Source: an uncultured Actinomycetes bacterium (lineage in GTDB: Bacteria > Actinomycetota > Thermoleophilia > UBA2241). From it: 64,000 bases of DNA. The translations under genes and the position numbers were made by a program. The DNA is taken from contig CAVYCN010000002.1 in NCBI GenBank assembly GCA_963767005.1, positions 32,001 to 96,000 on the forward strand, in the 5' to 3' direction. The notes beneath the pieces are model-generated. The model saw nothing but the letters and a program-made list of their open reading frames with translations, did not search any database and was not told the DNA's origin. Of the stretch, positions 47,604 through 58,079 are shown piece by piece (within the stretch, counting starts at the first letter, position 1; every line of letters starts with the position of its first letter).

Positions 47604-49087
47604 CCGCCGGCCGGCCGCGCAGCGAAGGGGAGAGCCGCAGCCGCCGGGCGGCGCCCGGCGGCGCCGCGCGCGGCGCCGGCCGCCCCGACGAGCTCGCGGT
47701 GCCGCACTGGCTCGAGGAGCCCATCCCCGAGCGGCGCCGCGGCGAGCGCCGCGCCGCGCCGCGGCGCGATGCCGAGGCGCCGGCGCCGTCGCGCGCGACC
47801 GCGTCCGCGCGCCGCGCCGCCGCCGAGCCGCCGCCCGAGCGCCGGCGCTCAGTCGAACGGCGCTCGGCCGCCCGCCGCCGCGTCGGCGCCCCCGGCCTCG
47901 TCGAGCGCCGCATCCTGCTGACCACGACCGTCCTTCTGCTGCTCTTCGGCCTCGTCATGGCCTACAGCGCCTCGACCTACAAGGCCTACGACCTGTACAA
48001 GTCGAGCTGGTACATGATCGAGCGCCAGGTGTTCTTCGCCGTGCTCGGGGTGATCGCCATGGTGGTGCTCGCTCGCGTCGACTACGCGATGTGGCGCACG
48101 TTCGCCAAGCCGCTCTGGATCTTCGCCCTCTTCAGCCTGCTCGTCGTGCTCGTGCCGGGGGTCGGCACCGAGGTGAACGGGGCGCGACGCTGGATCGTCG
48201 TGGCCGGCTTCTCGTACTCGCCGAGCGAGCTCGCCAAGCTGGCCTGCATCTGCCTGGTCGCGGGTCTCGCCGTGAAGCGGCCGGCCGACGTGCTCACCGC
48301 CGGCGGCTTCGCTCGCCTCGTCGCGGTCGGCGTGGGGCCGGCCGCCGTGCTCATCATGGCCGAGCCCGACCTCGGCACGACCATCATCCTGGCGCTGGCC
48401 GTGCTGACCGTGATCGTCGCCGCCGGCGCCCGGGTGCGCCATCTCGTCACACTGGGCTCGCTCGCCGTGGCCGGCGTCGCCCTCGCCATCGTGACCGAGC
48501 CCTACCGGATGGCGCGCCTCACCGCGTTCGTCCACCCCTGGAAGGACCCGCGCGGCGCCGGCATGCAGACCGTGCAGTCGCTCATCTCGATCGCCTCGGG
48601 GCATGTGTTCGGCGTGGGCCTCGGCAACTCGGTGCAGAAGTTCGGCTTCCTGCCCGAGCAGACGACCGACTCGATCACGGGTATCATCGGCGAAGAGCTC
48701 GGTCTGGTCGGGCTGCTCGTGCTGATCGCCCTGTACGTCGTGCTGGTGTGGACGATCCTGCACATCGCCCTGCGCAGCCGCGAGCCCTACGGCAAGCTGC
48801 TGGCCGCCGGCATCGGCAGCGCGATCGGCGTGCAGGCGGCCTTCAACATCGGCGCGGCCTTCGGCGTGCTGCCGCTCACCGGCGTGCCGCTGCCACTCGT
48901 GTCGTTCGGCGGCACGAGCCTGGTCGTGGTGCTCGCCGGCGTCGGCATCGTGGCCAACATCGCAAGCAACCGCAGGAGCTACATCGTTGCCAGCACCTCA
49001 CACCCGAAACGCACTGCACGACATCCGCGTCCTCGTGGCGGCGGGGGGGACCGGCGGGCATCTCACGCCGGCGCTCGCGGTCGCTGA
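47600..49087 (+). CDS. ftsW: SEDS peptidoglycan polymerase FtsW with long Arg-rich N-terminus
   Basis: NGARRWI, PSELAK, EPDLG, GEELG, PLTGVPLPLVSFGGTS. Confidence 0.93.
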   Translation: MTAGRPRSEGESRSRRAAPGGAARGAGRPDELAVPHWLEEPIPERRRGERRAAPRRDAEAPAPSRATASARRAAAEPPPERRRSVERRSAARRRVGAPGLVERRILLTTTVLLLLFGLVMAYSASTYKAYDLYKSSWYMIERQVFFAVLGVIAMVVLARVDYAMWRTFAKPLWIFALFSLLVVLVPGVGTEVNGARRWIVVAGFSYSPSELAKLACICLVAGLAVKRPADVLTAGGFARLVAVGVGPAAVLIMAEPDLGTTIILALAVLTVIVAAGARVRHLVTLGSLAVAGVALAIVTEPYRMARLTAFVHPWKDPRGAGMQTVQSLISIASGHVFGVGLGNSVQKFGFLPEQTTDSITGIIGEELGLVGLLVLIALYVVLVWTILHIALRSREPYGKLLAAGIGSAIGVQAAFNIGAAFGVLPLTGVPLPLVSFGGTSLVVVLAGVGIVANIASNRRSYIVASTSHPKRTARHPRPRGGGGDRRASHAGARGR

Positions 49088-50123
49088 CGAGCTCACCGCG
49101 CGGGGCGCGCTCGTCACGTTCGTCACCACGCCCTCGCAGGTCGAGCGCGTGGGCGAGCGCTATCGCGCCTACGCTCTCGAGATGCGCGGCTTCGAGCGGC
49201 ACCTGCTGGCCCGGGCCAACGTGGTCACGGTGCGGCGTCTCGCCGCCGCGGCGCCGCGCGCCTGGCGGATCGTCTCCGAGGTGCGGCCGCGGGTCGCGGT
49301 CGGGGGTGGTGGCTACCTGAGCGGCCCCGTGGTCGCCCTGGCAGCCGTGCGCGGCGTGCCCTCGCTGGCGATCGAGGCCGACGCTCACCTGGGGGTGACC
49401 AACTGGCTGCTCTCGCCGCTCGTCTCCCGCGTCTGCCTGAGCTTCCCCATCAAGGGGCACAAGCCGCCGCGCTACGTGGTCACGGGGCGGCCGCTGGCGG
49501 CCGCCCAGATCGACGCCGATCCGCTGGCCGGGCGCGCGGCGTTCGGCTTGCCGGCCGACGCGCCGGTCGTGCTCGTCTTCGGTGGCAGCCAGGGCGCTCA
49601 GACGCTGAACCGCGCCTGTCTCGAGGCCTTCGGCTCGGGACCGCTCGAGCTGCAGCTCCTGCACATCTGCGGACCGCGCCACTTCGACGAGACCGCGGCC
49701 GCCCTCGCGGCGGGCGGTGCCGACGTTGAGCACTACCACCTGCTGCCCTACACTGACGACCTGGCGCACGCCATGTCGGCGGCCGACCTCGTGGTCGGCC
49801 GGGCCGGCGGCTCGGTCGCCGAGATCGCGGCGCTGGGTCGCCCGGCGGTGCTGGTGCCCTATCCTCATGCCACCGCCGACCACCAGAGCAAGAACGCCGC
49901 CTGGATGGCGGCGGCGGGGGCCGCGGTCGTCGTCCCCGACGCCGAGCTCGACGGGCCCCGGCTCGGCGGCCTCGTACGCGAGTTGCTGGCCGACAGGGAG
50001 CGCCTGGCGCGCATGGCGGCGGCCAGCCGCACGGCGGGCCGGGCCGACGCCACGCAGCGGGTGGTCGACGAGATCGAGGGCCTGCTCGACGAGCGGGTGC
50101 AGGAGCAGCGCACATGGTCTTGA
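48987..50123 (+). CDS. murG: Lipid II GlcNAc transferase
   Basis: AGGTGGH, GGY, GGSQGA, GRAGG, DHQSKNA. TTG start with AGGAG RBS. Confidence 0.93.
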   Translation: MPAPHTRNALHDIRVLVAAGGTGGHLTPALAVADELTARGALVTFVTTPSQVERVGERYRAYALEMRGFERHLLARANVVTVRRLAAAAPRAWRIVSEVRPRVAVGGGGYLSGPVVALAAVRGVPSLAIEADAHLGVTNWLLSPLVSRVCLSFPIKGHKPPRYVVTGRPLAAAQIDADPLAGRAAFGLPADAPVVLVFGGSQGAQTLNRACLEAFGSGPLELQLLHICGPRHFDETAAALAAGGADVEHYHLLPYTDDLAHAMSAADLVVGRAGGSVAEIAALGRPAVLVPYPHATADHQSKNAAWMAAAGAAVVVPDAELDGPRLGGLVRELLADRERLARMAAASRTAGRADATQRVVDEIEGLLDERVQEQRTWS

Positions 50124-51604
50124 GCAGCGACGCGATAGCGGGGCCGCGGCCCCAGACGGGCATCCCCCAGCCGGTCCACTTCATCGGCGTGGGCGGAGCC
50201 GGCATGAGCGGCATCGCCGCCGTGCTGGCACGACTCGGCGTGGCCGTCACCGGCTCCGACCTCAAGGCTTCGCGTTACACCCGCCACCTTCAGGAGTGCG
50301 GCGTGCCGGTGTGCATCGGCCACGACGCCGCCCAGGTCGGCGAGGCCGCCCTCGTCGTGATCTCCTCGGCGATCCCGCCGGGCAACCCCGAGCTGCAGGA
50401 GGCGCGGCGCCGCGGCCTCCCCGTGCTGCAGCGCGCCGAGATGCTGGCCCGCATCATGGCGACGCGGCGCGGCATCGCCGTGGCCGGCACGCACGGCAAG
50501 ACGACGACCTCGTCGATGATCACCCACGTGCTGCTGCGCTGCGGCCGGCGACCCACGTTCCTGGTCGGCGGCGACCTCAACGACGTGGGCTCGAACGCCG
50601 GCGTCGGCGACGGCGAGTGGCTCGTGGCCGAGGCCGACGAGAGCGACGGCAGCCTGCTGTTCCTGCGGCCCGAGGTCGCGGTCGTCACCAACGTCGAGCT
50701 CGACCACCACGCCAACTACCGCTGCCTGGCCGACGTGCGCGACGTCTTTCGCCGCTTCGTGGCGCTGCTGCCGCCCGGCGGCCGCCTGGTCGCGGCGAGC
50801 GCCCCGGGCGTCGGCTTTCTGGCCGGCGAGACCGAGGCCGGCGTCGTCTGGTTCGGTCTCGAGGCAGGCGACGGCGCGGCGGGGGCGGGCGCCCCCGGGG
50901 CGCCCGCCCCCGCCGCGCCGCCCGCCGATCTCACGGCGCGCGTCGACCGGGTCGACGACCGCGGCAGCGCCTTCACGGTCTTCGAGCACGGCGAGCGCCT
51001 GGGCAGCGTCGAGCTGCGCGTGCCCGGCGAGCACAACGTGCTCAACGCGCTCGCCGCCCTGGCGGCCCTCTCGCACGTCGGCGTGAGCTTCGCCGAGGCG
51101 GCACCGGAGCTCGCCACGTTCAGCGGCGCCGCGCGCCGGTTCCAGGAGATCGGCCGCCACGACGGCGTGGTCGTGATCGACGACTACGCCCACCATCCCA
51201 CCGAGGTGGCGGCCACGCTCAAGGCGGCCCGGGCCGGCTCGTACCGGCGCATCATCGCCGTCTTCCAGCCGCATCTCTTCTCGCGCACGCGCTACCTGCA
51301 GCGCGAGTTCGGACGCGCCCTCACGCTGGCCGACGAGGCGATCGTGACCGACATCTTCCCGGCTCGCGAGGAGCCCGAGCCGGGCGTCACCGGCAAGCTC
51401 GTGGTCGACGCCTACCTCGTCGAGCGTCCCGGCGGTCCTGTCTTCTACCTCCCGCGCCTCGGCGACGTCGTGCGGCACCTGCGCACTCGCGTGCGCCCCG
51501 GCGACCTCGTGCTCACGATCGGCGCCGGCGACGTGCTGCACGCCGGCGAGCGGCTGCTCGCGGCCCTCGCCGACTCGCCCCAGGGCGCCGGCGCCGCGCG
51601 ATGA
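50114..51604 (+). CDS. murC: UDP-MurNAc--L-Ala ligase
   Basis: HFIGVGGAGMSG, GTHGKTTT, EADESD, DDYAHHP, FQPH. Confidence 0.95.
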   Translation: MVLSSDAIAGPRPQTGIPQPVHFIGVGGAGMSGIAAVLARLGVAVTGSDLKASRYTRHLQECGVPVCIGHDAAQVGEAALVVISSAIPPGNPELQEARRRGLPVLQRAEMLARIMATRRGIAVAGTHGKTTTSSMITHVLLRCGRRPTFLVGGDLNDVGSNAGVGDGEWLVAEADESDGSLLFLRPEVAVVTNVELDHHANYRCLADVRDVFRRFVALLPPGGRLVAASAPGVGFLAGETEAGVVWFGLEAGDGAAGAGAPGAPAPAAPPADLTARVDRVDDRGSAFTVFEHGERLGSVELRVPGEHNVLNALAALAALSHVGVSFAEAAPELATFSGAARRFQEIGRHDGVVVIDDYAHHPTEVAATLKAARAGSYRRIIAVFQPHLFSRTRYLQREFGRALTLADEAIVTDIFPAREEPEPGVTGKLVVDAYLVERPGGPVFYLPRLGDVVRHLRTRVRPGDLVLTIGAGDVLHAGERLLAALADSPQGAGAAR

Positions 51605-52659
51605 CCGCGGGCGGCGCCCGCCGTCGCCGGACCCTCGTCGCCGTCGTCCTGGCCGCGCTCATCGTCGGCGTGCCGGCCGGCGTATGGGCCTGGGGCCGCA
51701 GCTCGAGTGCCTTCGACGTGCGCCACATCGTGCTCACCGGTGCGCGCCCGGCGCACGCCCCGGCGGTGCGCCGCGCCCTCGAGCGGCGCCTGCTCGGCGT
51801 GAACCTCTTCCGCGTGAGCAGCGCCCGCGTGCGCGCCGCCCTCGCGACCTTCCCGTACGTGGCCGACGTCACGATCGACCGCGACTTTCCCGGTACGCTC
51901 AAGGTGCGCATGAGCGAATACGTGCCCGCGGCACTCGTGCTGGCGAGCGACGGCTGGTTCGTGGTGGCCGGTGAAGGGCGCGTACTGGCCGTCGGCGTCG
52001 AGCGGTCCGGCGTGCCGACCCCGTCCTCGACCGCGCTCGCCGCCTCCGCTTCGCCGTCGCCCGGCACGACGACGGCGACGGGGTCGCCGTCCGCCTCCGC
52101 CTCGCCGTCGCCGGGCGTCTCGCCCGGCGGCCGCGCCTCGCCGTCGCCCGCGCCGTCGGTGACGGCCCTGCCGCGACCCGACACCGGCGTGAAGCTGCCG
52201 CGCGGCACGCGCAGCCTGCCCGTCCTCGTGACGACGACGCGACTCGTGGTCGGCACGAGCGTCGGCGACTCGCACACGCTCGCCGCCCTGCGCGTGCTGG
52301 GCGCCCTGCCGCGCGCGCTGCGTCGCAAGGCCCTGGGAGCCACGGCGACCGGCACGAGCATCAGGGTCGCGATCTCCGGCGGCCCGGTCGTCGAGTTCGG
52401 CGACGCGAGCCGGCTGCGGGCCAAGGTCCTGGCCCTGAAGGCCGTCCTGCAGCGGTATCGCGCCAAGCACGTGACCTGCACGTTCGTCGACGTGTCGGTG
52501 CCCGACCGCCCGCTGGGCACGCCCCTGCTGCCCGCGCCGGACACCCAGTCGGGCACGTCGTCGACGACGACGGGCGCGACCGGCACTGTCGGGTCGACGG
52601 GCACGGCGACGTCAACGCCGACGGGGAAGTCCAGCGCCTCGCCGACGACCAACCCGTGA
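51601..52659 (+). CDS. ftsQ: Cell division protein FtsQ/DivIB with Ser/Pro/Thr-rich insertions
   Basis: TM helix, POTRA domain (RDFPGTLKVRMSE), C-terminal DVSVPDRP, position before ftsZ. Confidence 0.8.
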   Translation: MTAGGARRRRTLVAVVLAALIVGVPAGVWAWGRSSSAFDVRHIVLTGARPAHAPAVRRALERRLLGVNLFRVSSARVRAALATFPYVADVTIDRDFPGTLKVRMSEYVPAALVLASDGWFVVAGEGRVLAVGVERSGVPTPSSTALAASASPSPGTTTATGSPSASASPSPGVSPGGRASPSPAPSVTALPRPDTGVKLPRGTRSLPVLVTTTRLVVGTSVGDSHTLAALRVLGALPRALRRKALGATATGTSIRVAISGGPVVEFGDASRLRAKVLALKAVLQRYRAKHVTCTFVDVSVPDRPLGTPLLPAPDTQSGTSSTTTGATGTVGSTGTATSTPTGKSSASPTTNP

Positions 52660-52731
52660 GCCGGTCTCTGAGGCCGCCGGAGGGTCGTTCGCGAGCACTC
52701 GCGCGGCCCCCGTCCCCGGTCGCTTCGTCGT

Positions 52732-52761
52732 TTGACACTCCAAGCGACCGGCCCATATGCT
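52732..52761 (+). promoter_or_regulatory. Probable ftsZ promoter
   Basis: TTGACA (52732-37)-N18-TATGCT (52756-61). Confidence 0.55.
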
Positions 52762-52933
52762 ACGAACGTGGCGTGGTCTCATGTCGCTGTCAAGGGTTTG
52801 TGAGCATGAAAGTGCGAGCAAATAGGGTCTTTTTGGGGCGACGGTCCACAGCTTTTCAACAAGTCTCAGGGGCCGCTCGACGGTGGTCGCCGACCAGGAA
52901 TAAGTCTCGAGTTCAACAGGAGGGTTAGGCCCC

Positions 52934-54010
52934 ATGATCGAGTCTTCAGGCAACTACCTCGCGGTCATCAAGGTCGTCGGCGTGGGCGGCGGCGGTACCA
53001 ATGCCGTCAATCGCATGGTCGACGCCGGCCTGCGCGGCGTCGAGTTCATCGCGGTCAACACCGACGCCCAGGCGCTGCAGATGTGCGACGCGGACGTGAA
53101 GATCCACATCGGCAGCAAGATCACGAGGGGCCTGGGGGCGGGAGCCAACCCCGACATCGGCTATCAGGCCGCCGTCGAGAGCAAGGACGAGCTGCGTGAC
53201 GCCATCAAGGGCGCCGACATGGTCTTCGTGACCGCCGGCAAGGGCGGCGGCACCGGCACGGGCGCCGCGCCGGTCATCGCCGAGCTCGCCAAGGAGCTCG
53301 GCGCCCTCACCGTGGGCGTCGTCACGCGGCCCTTCATGTTCGAGGGCAAGCGGCGCGCCCGCCAGGCCGAGGACGGCATCCGCGAGCTGCGCGAGAAGGT
53401 CGACACCGCGATCATCATCCCCAACGACCGCCTGCTGCAGGTGGTCGAGCGGCGCACGTCGATCATCGACGCCTTCAAGGTCGCCGACGACGTCCTGCGC
53501 CAGGGCGTGCAGGGCATCACCGACCTGATCACCGTGCCCGGCCTCATCAACCTCGACTTCGCCGACGTGCGCACGGTCATGCGCGACGCCGGCTCGGCCC
53601 TCATGGGGATCGGCGTGGCGAGCGGCGAGAACCGCGCCGTCGAGGCCGCCAAGGCGGCGATCAGCTCGCCCCTGCTCGAGGCGAGCGTCGAGGGCGCGAT
53701 GGGCATCCTGCTGAACATCACCGGCGGCAGCGACCTGGGCCTGTTCGAGGTCAACGAGGCCGCCGAGATCATCTCGAGCGCGGCCGACGCCGACTGCAAC
53801 ATCATCTTCGGCGCCGTGGTCGACCCTGCGCTGGGCGACGAGGTCCGGGTCACCGTCATCGCGACCGGCTTCGACGGTCCGCGCGGGGCGGCGCAGCGTC
53901 CGGCCGAGAAGGCCCAGGCGACGCCCGGCGTGTTCGGCGCCGAGCCCAAGCCGTCGTTCGACGTGAGCGACGACGTGCTCGACATCCCGAGCTTCCTGAA
54001 GGACCGCTGA
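52934..54010 (+). CDS. ftsZ: Cell division protein FtsZ
   Basis: [29 protein letters not shown]-terminal DIPSFL. Confidence 0.98.
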   Translation: MIESSGNYLAVIKVVGVGGGGTNAVNRMVDAGLRGVEFIAVNTDAQALQMCDADVKIHIGSKITRGLGAGANPDIGYQAAVESKDELRDAIKGADMVFVTAGKGGGTGTGAAPVIAELAKELGALTVGVVTRPFMFEGKRRARQAEDGIRELREKVDTAIIIPNDRLLQVVERRTSIIDAFKVADDVLRQGVQGITDLITVPGLINLDFADVRTVMRDAGSALMGIGVASGENRAVEAAKAAISSPLLEASVEGAMGILLNITGGSDLGLFEVNEAAEIISSAADADCNIIFGAVVDPALGDEVRVTVIATGFDGPRGAAQRPAEKAQATPGVFGAEPKPSFDVSDDVLDIPSFLKDR

Positions 54011-54229
54011 GGTCCGCCGCCGAACTAGCAATGTGAGACCTTCGGTCCCGCGGCGCCGCCCGGCGCGGCCGGCGGGCGTGTCGGTGCCGCGCGGCGGACC
54101 CAACCACCGAAAGTGCTCGTTTGCAGGTAAACTAGTGGTGCGACCCGATCGCGGTCCGATTGCAATGAGAGCATCGATTCTCTATGCTGTTGCGCTTGGC
54201 AGGCCCGCCGCGGGCCCGGCCTTACTCGC

Positions 54230-55864
54230 ATGAAAAACCACAAGCAAAGAAACATCGTCATCCTGCTCGTCGTGGCGGCGCTGCTCGTCGGCTCGGTGCT
54301 GTACATCTATCCGCCCGGCAAGAAGACCCACCTCGGCCTCGACCTGCAGGGCGGCCTCGAGATCATCTACAAGGCCAGCCTGCGCACCGGCGGCAAGGTC
54401 ACGCAGGCGCAGATGACCCAGACGCAAGGCATCATCAACCGGCGCGTCAACTCGCTCGGCGTCACCGAGGCCCAGGTGCAGGTGCAGGGAGCCGACCAGA
54501 TCTCGGTCGCGCTACCCGGCATCAAGAACGTCGCCCAGGCCCTGAGCACGATCGGCCAGACCGCCCAGCTGCAGTTCTTCGTCGACTACAAGCAGCGCAT
54601 AGCCGGCCCGAGCACGAGCGTGGCGGCCGCCGTCAAGCAGGCCGAGACGGCGTCGCTCATCCCGCTCCCGAAGGGCGCCAAGGCCGAGCTCGACAAGCTC
54701 GCCAAGGGGCAGGCGTCGACCAAGTACCTCGTCGTCGAAGCGGCGAAGGGCGTCTACGGCAACCCCAACGGATCCGTGTACTTCATCTACACACTGCCGC
54801 CGGCCATGAACGGCAGCGCGATCAAGAGCTCGCGGCAGTCGTACCAGCAGAGCGGCCGGCCCAATGTGCTGATCAGCTTCACGAGCGCGGGCGGCACGCA
54901 GTTTGGCGACATCACGCGCGAGCTCGCCACCGAAGGCACGATCACCGGCACCAACCAGACGTTCGCCATCGTGCTCGACAACCAGATGGAGTCCGACCCC
55001 TACGTCGACTACAGGGAGAACCCGAGCGGCATCCAGGGCGGTAGCGCCGAGATCGACGGCAGCTTCACGGTGCAGCAGGCCAAGGATTTGGCCCTCGTGA
55101 TCAACACCGGCGCCCTGCCGGTCAACCTCACGCAGATCGAAAGTCAGGAGGTCTCGGCCACCCTCGGCAAGGACTCGCTGCACGAGGCCCTGATCGCCGG
55201 CATCGCCGGCCTCGGCCTGCTCCTGCTCTACATGATCTTCTACTACCGGTTCCTGGGCCTCGTCGCCGACATCGCCCTCATCATCTATGGCGTGCTGCTC
55301 TGGGGCCTGTTCAACGCCATCCCCGTCACGCTCACGCTGCCCGGCATCGCCGGCATGATCCTCACGATCGGGGTGGCGGCCGACGCCAACGTGGTCATCT
55401 TCGAGCGCATCAAGGAGGAGGTGCGCCGCGGGCGCACCGTGCGCTCGGCTGTGAACTCGGGCTACGCCCGCGGCTTTCGCACCATCCTCGACGCCAACGT
55501 GCTCACGCTGCTGACGGCCGCCGTGCTGTTCGAGTTCGCGAGCGCCGAACCCAAGGGCTTCGCCTTCACGCTGATCCTCGGCGTGCTCGTCAGCATGTTC
55601 ACCGCGGTGGTCGCGACCCGCGCCCTGCTCGGGCTGCTCGCCGACTTCACGTTCTTCAGCCGCCCCGCCTTCATGGGCGTCAAGGCCGAAGACATCCACG
55701 CGGTGGTCGATGAGGGCGAGGCCGGGCGCCGCCCGCGGCGCCGCCCGGCCTCGCCCGGCGCCTCGAGCACCGCCGGCGTGCTGCAGACCGACGGCGCCGT
55801 GTCGCGCTCGATCACCGGCACGCGGCCGCGCCGCCGTCCGACGTCCCGCAAGAAGAAGAAGTAG
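54230..55864 (+). CDS. secD: Protein translocase subunit SecD
   Basis: LGLDLQGG, GALP, VSATLG, TLPGIAG, DANVVIFERIKEE. Confidence 0.95.
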   Translation: MKNHKQRNIVILLVVAALLVGSVLYIYPPGKKTHLGLDLQGGLEIIYKASLRTGGKVTQAQMTQTQGIINRRVNSLGVTEAQVQVQGADQISVALPGIKNVAQALSTIGQTAQLQFFVDYKQRIAGPSTSVAAAVKQAETASLIPLPKGAKAELDKLAKGQASTKYLVVEAAKGVYGNPNGSVYFIYTLPPAMNGSAIKSSRQSYQQSGRPNVLISFTSAGGTQFGDITRELATEGTITGTNQTFAIVLDNQMESDPYVDYRENPSGIQGGSAEIDGSFTVQQAKDLALVINTGALPVNLTQIESQEVSATLGKDSLHEALIAGIAGLGLLLLYMIFYYRFLGLVADIALIIYGVLLWGLFNAIPVTLTLPGIAGMILTIGVAADANVVIFERIKEEVRRGRTVRSAVNSGYARGFRTILDANVLTLLTAAVLFEFASAEPKGFAFTLILGVLVSMFTAVVATRALLGLLADFTFFSRPAFMGVKAEDIHAVVDEGEAGRRPRRRPASPGASSTAGVLQTDGAVSRSITGTRPRRRPTSRKKKK

Positions 55865-55874
55865 GCGATAGAGC

Positions 55875-56834
55875 TTGGCCTGGTTCCGACGCATCTACAC
55901 GTTCGATTACATGAGCCACAAGTACCTGTGGTTCACGATCTCGGGCACGATCATCGCGATCGGTCTCATCTCGATGTTCGTACGCGGCGGCGGCGACCCG
56001 CTCAAGGGCTTCAATTATGGCCTCGAGTTTCGCTCCGGCACGCGTATCCAGGTGAGCTTCGTCAAGCCGGCGTCGACCGCCCAGGTGCGCGGCGTCGTCT
56101 CGGCCCAGGGCTACGCCGACGCCGTCGTCCAGCAGCTCAAGGCCGGCCGTCAGGCGAGCTTCCAGATCTCGACGGCCACGCTGTCGGCCGACCAGCAGCT
56201 CGCCCTTCAGAAGGCCCTGAACAGCAGGTTCCAGATCGCGCCGACGTCGAACGGGGGCTCCGACTGGAACGTCAACACGGTGGGTGCGACGTTCAGCCGC
56301 GAGGTGATCACGTCGTCGTACAAAGCGATCGTGATCGCCCTGATCCTGATCCTCGTCTACGTGTCGCTGCGCTTCTCGTGGAAGTTCGCGATCGGCGCGA
56401 TCGCGGCCGAGTTCCACGACCTGTTCGTGGTGATCGGCATCTACTCGCTCACAGGGCGGCAGGTCACGACCGATACGATCGCGGCGGTGCTCACGATCCT
56501 CGGCTATTCGCTCTACGACACGGTCATCGTCTTCGACCGCATCCGCGAGAACGGGCCGAAGATGACGCGCGCCACCTACGGCGACATGGTGAACCGCTCG
56601 ATCTGGGAGACCCTGACGCGCTCGATCAATACCACGCTGATGACCCTCATCCCGGTCGTCTGCCTGCTGCTCTTCGGCGGCTCGACCCTCAAGGACTTCG
56701 CCTTCGCGCTGCTCGTCGGCGTGGCCTCGGGCGCCTACTCGTCGATCTTCATCGCGAGCCCGGTCCTCACGCTCCTCAAGGAGCGCGAGCCGCGCTACCG
56801 CAAGCTGGCCGCCAAGGCCGGCGAAAGCGCCTGA
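55875..56834 (+). CDS. secF: Protein translocase subunit SecF
   Basis: GLEFRSG, HD, GYSLYDTVIVFDRIREN, RSINT, GAYSSIFIASP. Confidence 0.95.
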   Translation: MAWFRRIYTFDYMSHKYLWFTISGTIIAIGLISMFVRGGGDPLKGFNYGLEFRSGTRIQVSFVKPASTAQVRGVVSAQGYADAVVQQLKAGRQASFQISTATLSADQQLALQKALNSRFQIAPTSNGGSDWNVNTVGATFSREVITSSYKAIVIALILILVYVSLRFSWKFAIGAIAAEFHDLFVVIGIYSLTGRQVTTDTIAAVLTILGYSLYDTVIVFDRIRENGPKMTRATYGDMVNRSIWETLTRSINTTLMTLIPVVCLLLFGGSTLKDFAFALLVGVASGAYSSIFIASPVLTLLKEREPRYRKLAAKAGESA

Positions 56835-56968
56835 CCGGCGCGGGCGCCGGCGGCGCGCCTCGACCTGTCTCACCCTCCCGCGGTGGTCGAGGTCGAGCTC
56901 ACGAGGCCGGCTCTTCAGGCTCCTGCAGAGAATGAGGCCGGCGTGTGTCGGAAGCGGCCACCGGCGCC

Positions 56969-56997
56969 TTTACAAGCCCCGGCGGGCGTCCTATCCT
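56969..56997 (+). promoter_or_regulatory. Probable sigma-A promoter of the STAS gene
   Basis: TTTACA-N17-TATCCT. Confidence 0.45.
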
Positions 56998-57133
56998 TCG
57001 CCCCTCGACATCGTCGACCCGGGTCCGGCAGACGCCTCGCCGCCGGTCCAGGGGGCGGCGCCGGCCGGAGGCCACGGGCCTGCTGCGGGCGTCGGGGTCG
57101 CGAGGCACGTCATCCGATCAAAGGGGGGTCGCC

Positions 57134-57625
57134 GTGAGCGCTCGGCCGAAGGACCGTGGCGAGACGTCGTACCGCGCGATGTCGCTGGGCGGCGGCAGCG
57201 GGGGCCTGCAGCTGAGCTTCGCGGGGGCCGGCGAGGTGCCGGTCCTCACGCTCTCAGGCGAGTTCGATCTCGACAACGTGCCCGAGATCGAGCGCTTCTT
57301 GCGGCGTCACCTGGGACCGTTCTTCTTCAAGACCCGCGACCTCGTCCTCGACCTGGCCCAGGTCGACCTCGTCGACTCGTCGTTCGTGGGGCTCGTGGTG
57401 TCGCTCGTGGTGCGCCTGCACCAGCATCGTCGCGAGCTGCTGATCACGCGGCCGGCGGGGTACGTGCGTCGCACCATCGCGCTCGTGGGGCTGCCCAACG
57501 TGGTGCCCGTCTTCGAGTCGCTCGAGGCGGCCCTCGAAGCCCTCGCCGGTGGCGGCCCGGTGATCCCGCCGCCCTTCGCGGCGACGCCGCGCGGCGACGC
57601 GCCGCGCGTGCCGGCGCTCTCGTAG
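57134..57625 (+). CDS. STAS-domain anti-sigma-factor antagonist
   Basis: LSGEFD, LVLDL..VD..DSS..G motifs. Confidence 0.8.
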   Translation: MSARPKDRGETSYRAMSLGGGSGGLQLSFAGAGEVPVLTLSGEFDLDNVPEIERFLRRHLGPFFFKTRDLVLDLAQVDLVDSSFVGLVVSLVVRLHQHRRELLITRPAGYVRRTIALVGLPNVVPVFESLEAALEALAGGGPVIPPPFAATPRGDAPRVPALS

Positions 57626-57638
57626 CTGCCGGGTCGGC

Positions 57639-58025
57639 CTAGCTCGCCCGCCGCGCCAGGGTCTCGCTGAGCTCGGCCTGGCGGGCGGCGATCGCTCTGG
57701 CCTGGAAGGCCTTCATGCGGCAGGCGTCGCTGCAATACTTCTTGGCGGGGTTGCTCGTCACGAACTCACGGCTGCACGGCTCGTAACTGCAGTAACGGGT
57801 CATCTCCTCGCGCGGACGCTGCTTGCGCGAGGGGCGCTTGAGCTCGTCCTTCCAGCCGCCGCTGTGCAGCGCGCAGATGGTCGAGGGGTTGTAGGTGGAG
57901 AGGCGCGTCTCGCAGCCCGCCACAGAGCAGACCCGGCCGCCGCCGTACTGTTTGCTCTTGGACATGTCGTCGACCTGCACCGACAGTCGGCGACCCCTCA
58001 GCCCTCTGGTGGTCCGATACTCCAT
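57639..58025 (-). CDS. Small two-zinc-finger protein (C-terminal CGNR-like finger); start 58025 or 57965
   Basis: C-x4-C...C-x2-H (GRVCSVAGCETRLSTYN..TICALH) and C-x4-C...YCSDACR. Confidence 0.7.
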   Translation of the reverse strand: MEYRTTRGLRGRRLSVQVDDMSKSKQYGGGRVCSVAGCETRLSTYNPSTICALHSGGWKDELKRPSRKQRPREEMTRYCSYEPCSREFVTSNPAKKYCSDACRMKAFQARAIAARQAELSETLARRAS

Positions 58026-58079
58026 GCCAGAACACCCCTTGTCGCTCGATGCCGGCCTGCGGCCGGCGCTGAAACCTCG

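Noticed and set aside
48987-49087. 101-bp ftsW/murG overlap as a frameshift or fusion
   Set aside because: Both proteins are complete and murG has its own RBS and TTG start. It is just a C-terminal extension of ftsW.
52659-54230. Absence of ftsA, murB, ddl and sepF around ftsZ
   Set aside because: ftsA absence is normal for most actinomycetes, and the others may lie elsewhere. This cannot be judged from one window.
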